A DNA stretch of 48,416 nucleotides, the filler included, from Jimgerdemannia flammicorona (lineage: Eukaryota): the NCBI GenBank assembly GCA_003990765.1. It is 2 parts of 2 records of this genome, joined end to end, with 100 filler letters (N's around TTAATTAATTAA, not from the genome) between each part and the next. Parts side by side here need not be neighbours in the genome. Positions count along the whole stretch, not along the records: positions 24,259 to 48,416 come from RBNJ01001017.1; 1 more part is not named here. One strand, given 5' to 3'. Below the pieces are notes generated by a model that saw only the letters and a program-made list of their open reading frames with translations, did not search any database and was not told the DNA's origin. Position 1 is the stretch's first letter. Each line of letters starts with the position of its first letter. This document shows positions 38,971-48,416 of this stretch, piece by piece. The position numbers and the translations under genes were made by a program.

Positions 38971-39495
38971 AAAAAATGAGTAGACTGGACCAATTTATGA
39001 TTAAGGGCTGCTGTTTGTTTACTTGTGATATAGCAGGAAAGAAAAAGAACAAAGAAAAAGAACAAAGAAAGAATAAAAGAAGAGAGAGAATAAAAGAAAG
39101 AGTGATGTCACCAAAGTACAGCAGGAAAAAAAAAAAAACAGAGCAAAAATAAACAAAAGAAAAGGTGATATTACAAAAGATTTCAATCTGGATCAATCTG
39201 GATCAATATGGATCAATCTAGATCAGATCATGAGATCAATCTAAGTTGATTTGAATCCATCACATGACAAATCTGAATTGAATCTCATCCAGATCAACTC
39301 CATCCATTCAGAGCACTAGTCAGGTCTGAGGATTCTTTGATAAGAATACTACTTTATTATTTTAGTTGGGGAAAATAGAGCTGAGGTTACAATATACTCA
39401 GTACAGAGAGTATTTATACAGGTTTTAGGCTATAACTAAATATAGTACACTGGATATATCTACATACATATATACAGTTATACTATATTCAGTAT

Positions 39496-40703
39496 TGTGA
39501 TGAGCAAATAGTATAATATAGCCAGATGATATGAACCCCCAGTGTAGCATAGTTACTCACCACACTTATAATTAGCCAAGGACACCAAATCAGGGTTGTT
39601 TATCTGTGTTCTGAAGACACACCAGTGTCCAGCAGACACACTCATGTCCTGCGGACACACTTATGTCCTGTGGATATACTTATGTCCTGAGGACATACCC
39701 AAACATTACCAGAAGTAGTAAATCTATAATTATCCAGATAGCAACCAGATAGCAACCACAATGTATAAAATACTCCAGAGACAAGAGTGAATAAACCTCA
39801 GTCCGAAATACAAACACCAAAGAAACCTCTAAAGATTGAGCATTGGTCCCCTTTCCACTCCAGTTCACTTTCTGATACAAAGAAGAGTTTGTTACATTTT
39901 GGTTCGCTTGCCAGATAAGCCTGAAGATTTGCCGCCAAAAGTCTGAGGAAGAACTTCACCGCCATTTAAGTAATCCACCGCTTAAGGAATAAGCCACCAT
40001 TTCCAAGTTATCCACATTCCCAGAGAGCCTGCTATAAGGAACTTACCACAAGCCAGGCTATTTGATGCAACTTCGCAGTAGAGCCAGTCTAACGACGTAA
40101 CTCCATGCAAATGAAGCCAGTCTTTGATGTAACTTGCCAAGAATCTGCATCTGAGTTATCCACAACATCCAAGTTACCCTAGTTATCTGAATTATCCGAA
40201 GTCATCTGAGTTATCCAAGTTATCCAAATTATCCATGCCACCCGAGTATTATTCCCAGTGAGCCGACTCAGGAGAATCTACGCCAAAATCGAGTCATCCA
40301 CCAAATTGAGTTATCCGCCAAATCTGCATAAGGAATATCACCAAGATCATCCCGCATAAGGAATCCACCACACTACACAGAGATCGTTGTGCTACACAGA
40401 GATCGTCATGCAGAAATCGCATACTTTTGGAGATCGTCACTCAAGAAGGAAACCGCTAAATTGCCAGACCATCACGTATACCACGTCACCCACACCTAAA
40501 TCGCTGCTATACCCAGAGAACCATCCCAATAAGGAAATCACTCGCAGATATCCAGCTTTGGCTATTATACCACTAAACACCAACAAGGATACCAAGAATC
40601 TTAGAATATTTTGTTGCTTTTTGACAAAGTAACTGGGGGCTCAAGCCAAACTACATCAACCCCCAACCTTGTAATTTGCCTCCATTGAGCCAGACACATT
40701 ACA
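39496..40703 (+). mobile_element. Solo LTR of family B
   Basis: TGTGATG...CATTACA with 4-bp TSD GTAT (39492-39495 / 40704-40707). Homologous, in inverted orientation, to 42688-44203. Confidence 0.88.
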
Positions 40704-40811
40704 GTATCTAAAACTGCTAGTTGGAAATTCTATAGGAATGTCTATGGAAATTTCTATTAGAAATTCTGTCAGAATTTTCAGTAGCTTGTAAATATGTAAT
40801 AATTCGTTACA

Positions 40812-42687
40812 TCCTTCTTCTTTATCTGAACCTACTCATTAGATTCAGTATTAAACTTTGAATGCTCATCAAACAGAAGGGCAGTATACTGAACTACTTG
40901 AAAAATAATATCACTCTATTATTCATTATTCAAATTGGCAATATTCTCAGAAAATACTCTATAGAGATAGAGTTCAGATACAGAAATAGACATAAAGTCA
41001 CTTAGCAACAATATAGATATAGTTGTTAATGAAAAGGTAGACTTATTGCTTGGTACTACTAAGAGTAGCTTATTGATAAATAAGATATCTAATCTTATAG
41101 TACTTCTTTAATTCTTATTAATAGCAGAAGACCTGAAAATTAGATTCTTCCAAGATATTGTTGGGCTTCATTTAGGTCTGAGTCTTCAAAGATTCATATA
41201 TTGATAGAGAGCAGTTTAGTAGAATTTCATTGATGTTCAAATAGCTATAAGGATAGTAGTAGTAAGCTTGTTTTTGATTTATTCTTAGTGTCTTTATTGA
41301 ATACTTATATTGTGATTGATTATCTGTAAAGAATTTATTTGAGTTATTTATACTTCTTTTTATTGGAAGTATTCAGAAGTATGACTATCTTTCAGAAATT
41401 CCACCAGAATTTCCATTATATCAGATATCTGTATCAGGTTACTACTTTATCTATATTTGATAAAAGATTATCTTCTTTTTCCCAGATAGTATCATACTCA
41501 GGATATCCTTTCTATTTTACAAGATAGTATTGAATAGACTTGGCAGCTCATTCAAATTGTCAATCCTTGTAATTCAAAATATAATTAACTTTATATTCTA
41601 CTTCTTAGTTGATAATAATCAGATCTAAGAGTAGTACTGTTTTTTCTTTAAAGGTGTTTTAAGTATACAGCTAGAGTTGAGATATATGAAACACTGGGTG
41701 GATTTTTTCTAGAGTTGCTGGAAGGTCCAACTTGTATATAACAGGACTATTCTTCTTTAAGATCTTGAATGATCCAATATAGTAGGGTCTAAGTTTCTTC
41801 TTTGGTCCTATATTATCTAGAATTAGATGCCATATGTTAAGTAATATCTATTTTCCTTTTTTGTAAGTGACTTCTCTTTTGTTTTTATCACCATATATGT
41901 ACTACTTATATTCTTTGTACTTCTATGAGAGTATTACATACTTACTAGATAGTATCTTATATATATAATATAGATAACTTCTTATATTACAAGTATTATT
42001 ACTCATATAACAGTTGTGGGGGTTCAGGAGTATTGTCTATAGTTCAGATAGAATGGAGTCATTTTTGTATTTATACTTATACTGTTATTATATGTGAATT
42101 CAGCTAAAGTAAGTTTTTTATCTCAATTATTCTACTTATAGCTATAGTAAATACTAAGTATCTACTTCAGAGTTCAATTAGTTCATTCTGTTTGTCTGTC
42201 TATCTGTAAGTAATAGGCAGTAAATATCTTGAGTTAAACACCTAGTTCTTTGAAGAGTACATACCAGAAGTTACTTGTAAATTTTATATCTCTGTCAGAG
42301 ATAATTACTGATAGTAATTTATAGAGACAGAATATATTATCAATAAATAATTATACTGTTCTAGAGCTGTTACAGTAGTAGTTATTATAATGAAATATAC
42401 CTGCTTGCTGAGGTGATCAATAAAGATAATAATTACATTCCTTCTCTTCTTCATTTTTGACAATTAGACAATAAAGTTTATTCTGATATACATAGTTTCA
42501 ATTTCAGGTGGGAATTGGTAGTGACTGTAGCATTCCAGCTAGAGCTTAGTTGCTAGGCTTATATCTTTAGTGAAAATCATAGGATACAATATAGTTCTTA
42601 TATCAGCTGTCATCTTGGACTAGTAGAAATTATAGGTAACATATCTGTATATCTTATCAAATCTCATATAACTAGCTATGTATGTAT
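40812..42687 (-). mobile_element. Internal remnant of Gypsy chromovirus C (integrase, chromodomain, 3' accessory ORF)
   Basis: IFIDHLSKQVYF, IISDRDIKFTSNFW, AEFTYNNS...KMTPFY (IN). YLVK*KGYPEYDTIWEKEDNL (chromodomain ~41455-41605). Confidence 0.88.
40833..41290 (-). pseudogene. Decayed accessory ORF of element C (homologue of the A and B accessory genes)
   Basis: With frameshifts: IKNKLTTTILIAI ... ELKKYYKI(R/G)YLI ... VAK*LYVYF ... ENIANLNNE**SDIIFQV. Confidence 0.6.
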
Positions 42688-43355
42688 TGTAACATGCCGG
42701 CTCAATGGAGGCAAATTACAAGGTTGTGGGTTGATGTAGTTTGGCTTGAGTCCCCAGTTACTTTGTTAAAAAAGCAACAAAATGTTCTAAGATTCCTGAG
42801 GTCCTTGGTGTTTAGCAGTATAATAGTCAAAGCTGGATATCTGCGAGCGATTTCCTTATTGGGACAGTTCTCTGGGTGTAGCAGCAATCTGTATGTCTTT
42901 TCCTTCTTGGGTCAACTGGGAATGGCACAATTTCTGTGTAGCGCGACGATCTCCTTGTGTGTGATGGTCTGGCAATTTAGCGGTTCTCCTTATGCGATTT
43001 CTGCATGATGATCTCTGTGTAGCGCGACGATCTCTGTGTGACGATCCTCATATAGCATGACAATTTCCAAAAGTATGTGATTTCTGGTGGATAGCTCAAT
43101 TTGGCTCACTGGGAATTGTATGGCGTGGATTCTTCTATACCGGGCTCACTGGGAATGACGAACAACTTGGGTGGCTCTCCTGGGAATGCGGTGGATAGCT
43201 CGAAAACGGCAGATGATGCGGATTCTTCCTGAATCAGCGGGCTTCTGGGAAATAACTCAGACAGTGCGGATTCTTCCTGAATCGGCAGCTTCAACTGGGA
43301 ATTATGTAACTCGGATGGCACAGATTTGGCTTCAACTGAGAATATAGTAGATAAT

Positions 43356-43388
<33 letters not shown>

Positions 43389-44203
43389 TACAGTAGATAA
43401 CTCAAAAACAGCGGCTGATGCGGATTCTTCCTGAATCAGCGGGCTCTAACTGGGAAATGGGATGGCAGCTTGGAAAGGGTCTCTTGGCAAAGTTGCATCA
43501 AAGACTGGCTTTGTTTGTGCAAATGGGTCACTGCGAAGTTGTGTCAGAAACTGGCTTGAGCAAGGCGGCTTTCTCTGGGAATGTGGATAACTTGGAAACG
43601 GCGGCTTATTCCTTAAGTGGCAGATTACTCAAAAGGCAGCAAAGTTCTCCTTGAACTTAGGTGGCAAATCTTCAGGCTTATCTGGCAAGCAAACCAATAG
43701 TTCCAAAGGTGGCAAAGTTCTTTCTCGAACTTGGCGGCAAAATCAGCTTTGTATTGGAAAGTGGACCAGAGTGGAAAGGGGACCAATGCTCAATCTTTAG
43801 AGGCTTCTTTGGTATTTGTATTTCGGACTGAGGTTTTTATTCACTCTCATCTCTGGGGTAATTTATACAAGTTGGTTGCTATCTGATTACTATGTGGCTA
43901 ACTATAGATTTGCTATCTTTGGTAATGTTTGGGTGGGTCCTCTGGGTACAGGTGTGTCCACAGGACATAAGTGTGTCCATAGGACATGAGTGTGTCCACA
44001 GGACATGAGTGTGTCCACAGGACATGAGTGTGTCCTCAGGATACAGGTAAATAATCCTGATCTGGTGTCTTGGCTAATTATAAGTGTGGCAGGCAAGAGT
44101 AACTATGATACACTAGAAGTCACATCATGCTGAGTAAGTATGCTAATTGTTCATGTCATCTGGCTAAGTTATAATTCAGGTGGTACATTTTTGGTCTGTT
44201 ACA
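42688..44203 (-). repeat. 3' LTR of element B (1516 bp)
   Basis: TGTAAC/GTTACA ends, TATAAA near 43862-43867, 20-bp tandem repeats 43952-44040, repeated GCGGATTCTTCCTGAATC. Confidence 0.9.
43355..43383 (+). mobile_element. Poly(A)-only retrotransposition scar
   Basis: T+A28 flanked by a 17-bp duplication gagaatatagtagataa / gagaatacagtagataa. Confidence 0.8.
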
Positions 44204-44242
44204 TCAGCCCCCACTGAAGGGTAGTCTGTCCCAGACTATTCT

Positions 44243-44755
44243 TCAGTCATCATCCCAATAGGCATAAGCAGCTTCTGCATCTATACCTGTTCCATCATCA
44301 TCATCTGAGCTGCGGTCACTCCATTCCAGGGGCTCTTCTTCTTCCTCAGGAAATAGGGTCTCCACTTGGTGAATAATACTGAGGTAGGTGGGCAGTGTCA
44401 TTCTTTGAAGGTCATTCAGGGAAAACTGGGCCTGGACTAAGACAGAAGGATTTCGTTTATATATTGTGTATAGTCTGTCTGCAGCAGTAGTGTTCCTTCT
44501 GTTCAGGCCAGTGGTGTTTCGGACATAGGCTAGGTCTGGGAGAGGAAGATTCTGCAATTGTTCTCCAATTGCATAATATGCCTGTAGCTGGTGGACCTGG
44601 AGTAGTCTCTCAGCCAAGGTGAGGTTCTCTTGATGAACTTGGATTCTCTGAAGATATGTTCCATTGGGTTCCCGGAACTGAGGCAGGGGAACTGGTAGGG
44701 CTTGGAGGGAACTGAGAACAAGAGTTTGAAGGCGGTTGTCAATTCTCTGATTCAT
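44243..44755 (-). CDS. Intact 170-aa accessory ORF of element B, function unknown
   Basis: MNQRIDNRLQTLVL...QLQAYYAIGEQL...AADRLYTIY...acidic tail. Its ATG overlaps the inferred pol stop (ATGA, 44755-44752). Confidence 0.8.
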   Translation of the reverse strand: MNQRIDNRLQTLVLSSLQALPVPLPQFREPNGTYLQRIQVHQENLTLAERLLQVHQLQAYYAIGEQLQNLPLPDLAYVRNTTGLNRRNTTAADRLYTIYKRNPSVLVQAQFSLNDLQRMTLPTYLSIIHQVETLFPEEEEEPLEWSDRSSDDDDGTGIDAEAAYAYWDDD

Positions 44756-47240
44756 GGTGTGAAGTATATCTTGAGGTAATTGATGTGTACTGGTGTTCTC
44801 AGGGTTCATCCATCCATGCTTCTTAAATAGATGCTGGTTCCTCTGATGTTGTGTACAAGATAAGGTCCTTCCCATTTTGGTTCCAGTTTGGCGGCAAAGT
44901 TTGTCTCAATCATGCTTCTCCAAACTAGGACTTGATCTCCAATCTTGATCTCCTGATCTTTCTGTTTTTGGTTATAGTACTTCTTTTGTCTTTCCTGGGC
45001 TTTGATAATCTGTCCTTGGGCTTGATTTCGTAACTGTTCTGCCTTCTTGAGGAGGTCTCCGAGATTCTCATGATCAGCAGTTCTGGTTTTCTTGGCAAAC
45101 ACTATTTCGAATGGCTTTTGTTTGGTGGATGTGGCAGGGGTGTTCCAAATTTCCCATAGGATCTCAGGTAAGCAGAGGTCCCAATTAATAGGGTTGACTC
45201 AGACAAGTCCTTTCTTGATGGTCTGGTTCATTCTTTCTGTCATGCCATTGGTCTGGGGGTGGTATGATGTGGTCCTTTTGAGGTGGATCTTGTGAATTCA
45301 GGCATAACTTGTGATTATGTTGTTGATGAATTCTGTGTCTCGGTCAGAGATGAGTTCTTCTGGAGGTCTATATCTAAGTGTGAGTCCATGGAGGAGGCCT
45401 ACAATGGTTAAGGCATCCACAATTTCCATTGGGAAAGCCTCAGGCCACTTGGTCAGATGTTCTACAAATACAAGAATATATTTGTTTCTTCTTGGTGTAA
45501 CTGGTAGAGGTCCAATTACATCTACTCCCTATCTTTGAAAGATGTGAGTGGGTGGGGGAATTGGTTGCAGAGGGGCTTGATAGTTCTTCTTTCCTTGGTA
45601 CTTCTGGCAGATGTCACATTTCTGAGTAATGTCTCGGACTTGAGTTCTGAGGTAGGGCCAATGTTGATATTCTTTTCGAATCCTCTCTTCTATGCTTGTC
45701 TGTCCTTGGTGGGCTTTCTGATGTTCTTTTCGGATAAAATCTTCTTGTGCTTTGATGGTCTGAGGAGCTTCCTTTAGGGTATGGTTCCTCGGGACACCCT
45801 TCCTCTGATTCATTGGGGCTGGCAGGAAAGTACATCAACATTGTTGTGGGCTTTCCCTGCTTTGTGAATGATGGTGATTTTGTAATCCTGAAGAATAAGG
45901 ATCCAGCAGGCTAGAATTCCAGCAGGTTTCTTGGTGTTGAATAGCCATTTGAGGGCTGCATGGTCTGTGATCAGGGTGAATCTTTTTCTGATGAGGTAAT
46001 GCTTGAACAGGGTGACTGCCCATATGACTGCAAGGCATTCCAGTTTGGTGCTACCATAATTCATCTGCTGCTGATTGGTAGCTCTGCTTGCATAAGCTAT
46101 CACATGGTGCTGTTGGTCAGATCCTTCTTGGGCTAGAACTGCTCCTAGGCCATCTTTGGAAGCATCTGTATACAAGATGAATGGCTTCTGTAGATTGGGG
46201 CGCACAAGGATTGGTGCTGTAGTCATGTGGTCCTTGAGTTCTCTAAAAGCTTTTTCCTGTGATTCTGTCCATTTGAATGGCACTCCTTTCTTGAGAAGGA
46301 TTCGGATTGGGGCAGCGATTTGGGCAAAATTTTTGATAAACCTTCTGTAGTAGGATACTAGCATCAAGAATGATAGTGTTTCCTTTGGGGTCTAGGGTAC
46401 CAGCCAATTGTTGATCTTTTCGGTTTTCTTTGGGTCTGCATGAGTTCCTTCTTTTGAGACCATGAATCCAAGGAATTCGAGTTTCTGTTTTCCAAAGTAG
46501 CATTTCTTTGCATTCAGTCTTAAGTGATTCTTGCGGGTGAGCTTGAAAAATTCCTCTAGGTGGTGCAGGTGTTCTTCGAAGTTTGCTGAATAGATGTTAG
46601 AATCATCCATGTATACAATCAGACAGTGGTGGATCAAGGGGGCATAGACTGAATTCATCATCCTCTGGAAGGTGGGGGGTGCATTGCAGAGTCTGAAGGG
46701 CATTTGGAGATATTCAAACAGTTTTTCTAGAGCAAGGAAGGCTGTCTTTTGAATGTCCTTGGGGTCCATGGGGATCTCATGGAATCCTGCAAAGAGGTCC
46801 ATACTGCTGAAGTATCTGGCATCTTGTAACTGGTCCAAAAGGTCATTAATTCTGGGCAAAGGATAAGCATCCTTTTCAGTGACTGAATTGAGTTTTCTGT
46901 AATCCATGCAGAGTCTCCATCCTCCTTTCTTTGGTACAATAAGTATAGGGCTAGCCCAGGGGCTGGTAGAGGGTCAGATGACTCCATTGTCTAAGAGTTC
47001 TTGGATGTGCTCTTTTTTGAATGTTTTCAAGTGATGGGGTATTCTATAGGGTTTCTGCCAGATGGGTGTTGCACTTCCTGTATTTATGCTGTAGTGCTAT
47101 GATGGGTTGTATGGCAGGTTGCCATAATCAGTAGTGAAGATATCTTGATATTTGTTGAGAAGTTCTACTAATTGTTGCTGCTGTTGAGGTGTCAATTCTT
47201 CTCCAATGTTGGTGGAAGGCTTCACTGTCTCCTGGGTCAT
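44752..47240 (-). pseudogene. pol: pol of element B (RT, RNase H, integrase with GPY/F end), few lesions
   Basis: DYRKLN, DAYPLPRINDLL, VYMDD (RT). LYTDASKDGLGAVL (RH). H-x3-H...CDIC and WEGPY...PVHINYLKIYFTP* (IN). Confidence 0.95.
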
Positions 47241-47254
47241 AGAGGGGCCTTTCC

Positions 47255-48416
47255 TTCTGAACCAGTATTGGCTGCCGAAGTTGTGGTATATGGGGTATCA
47301 TCTGAACTTCCCTCTCTGGGTGATCAAGCGGCTTCTGAAAATGTCACATTCATGGATCTGGGCAGGACGGCGGAGCCAAATTGGCTGGGAGGTTCTGTCA
47401 CTACTGGTCGACCGGGGTGGGCTGGGCTTGGTGGACTTGGCCAAGCGTCTACATTGCCTGAGAGCTTGGTGGATGAAGAGGGCTAGTGAGTTGCGTGGAA
47501 GGGAATGGGTGCCACTTATGCAGAGAGTATGGGAAGCTCGGTACTCCCCCCGTGGCACATCCGGTGATCTGTTGGCGCTGGTGGCTCTGGATGGTAGTCG
47601 AAAGATGCACTACAAGGGTTTTTGGTGGGGAGTGGTGGACAGTGCAAGGCAAATAGGGCTGCGATGGAGGGGAGATGAGGGGGAGGAGGAGTGGGGTCCG
47701 CGGATGTGGAGATGGGACCGGCTGCTACTGGGTGGTACTTTGGTAGAGGATTTCCAACTTGGCGATAGTATGGAATGTCAGATGGGTCTTGGGGGTGATG
47801 TATGGCCTGAGGCTTGGCAGCGGGCTGGGATTGGAGAGGAGTGGGATTGGAATGGGGTCTGGCTTTGGAGCAAACAGGTGTCGCGGTGGCTCCCCCCCAA
47901 GTTCTGGGTGACATGGTGGAGGTTCTTGAGGTGGAATGTGATGCTGAACTACTGGTCAGGGCACTTAGTGTCTGATGGTATGTTTGAGTGTGAGGAATGT
48001 TTGAATGTAGGTCAGGAGGGGGGAGTGGTGCAGATGCCTGAACATTGGCTTGGTGAGTGCATAGTAATGGGGGACTTTTGGAACATTATTGCTAGTCGGT
48101 TGGGCCTACGGCCTCTGTTGGAAGGGGAGAGAGGGAGATGGGGGTACTTTAGGCGGAGGTTGGTGGGTGGGGTAGGAGATGAATGGTTGACCCTAGGTTG
48201 GGCCCTGGCAATCTGGGTAGGGATGGCTGGATATTGGTTGAATGTCTTTGAGGAGGGTCAGGCAACTACCATTGCGGCGAGAGTAGTGCGCTGGAAATGG
48301 TTAATACTAGACACTTTGAATAGTTGGTGGCGAGGATGGGGTGAGGGTGGGGGGAGTCGCCAGAAATTGGTGGAATGTATCTGCAAGAAGAGTGAGGGGA
48401 GAATTAGGGTGGTGGG
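47255..48416 (+). mobile_element. Young 5'-truncated LINE; ORF2 C-terminal frame open to the window end
   Basis: LNQYWLPKLWY...GGLGLVD...PPKFW...CEECLNVGQEGGVVQMPEHWLGEC. No stop in about 385 codons, so it is absent from the ORF track. CpGs intact. Confidence 0.92.

Larger units (their letters stand above)
32668..39318 (+). mobile_element. hAT DNA transposon, 6651 bp
   Basis: TIRs TAGTACTCTAAAT / ATTCAGAGCACTA. Perfect 8-bp TSD GTCAGGTC (32660-32667 / 39319-39326). Confidence 0.95.
32597..40811 (-). repeat. 3' LTR of Gypsy element C (~344 bp), split by the hAT and a solo LTR B
   Basis: Starts TGTAAC at 40811 right after the purine tract AAAGAAGAAGGA. The three pieces rejoin to match 24620-24917. 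Confidence 0.8.
42688..47254 (-). mobile_element. Ty3/Gypsy element B (no chromodomain): RT-RH-IN, accessory ORF, 3' LTR
   Basis: pol motifs, a G-rich tract at 44206-44213 next to the LTR, and 3' LTR TGTAAC...GTTACA. The 5' part is cut off by a LINE; junction approximate. Confidence 0.93.

Noticed and set aside
38930..39196. Hydrophobic 88-aa ORF resembling a membrane protein
   Set aside because: It is the translation of a low-complexity A/G tract near the hAT end.
44243..44755. Accessory ORFs as env genes
   Set aside because: No signal peptide, no transmembrane segment, short, and acidic C-terminus.
44756..44875. First 40 residues of track ORF 44243..44875
   Set aside because: They overlap the integrase C-terminus in another frame. 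Homology with the element A gene starts at the Met at 44755.

Overview
Eukaryotic DNA made entirely of nested transposable elements, probably fungal (inference: intron-containing hAT, chromoviruses, strong C-to-T decay). No host gene, RNA gene or CRISPR array was recognised. The window is two 24,158-bp halves joined by an artificial 100-bp N/TTAATTAATTAA linker, so the halves may not be adjacent in the genome. It holds six copies or fragments of one G-rich L1/Tx1-like LINE family, parts of at least five LTR-retrotransposon families (labelled A-E here), a 6.65-kb hAT transposon with two related MITEs, and a Tc1/mariner-type foldback element. Main findings: (1) Three different Ty3/Gypsy families (A, B, C) each carry a homologous, unassigned non-env accessory gene 3' of pol (motifs IxN(R/K)(L/I)...YYxIG...Ax(R/K)xxxx(Y/F), acidic tail). 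It sits inside the LTR U3 in A, is stop-start coupled to pol by ATGA in B, and lies between chromodomain and PPT in C. (2) Element A also encodes a dUTPase between the Gag zinc knuckle and protease, which the ORF track missed, plus further candidate ORFs. (3) The hAT appears to carry a second, convergent, intron-containing gene. (4) A 117-bp symmetric module is shared by two unrelated DNA-transposon classes. All translations and alignments were done by eye; no database search was run.
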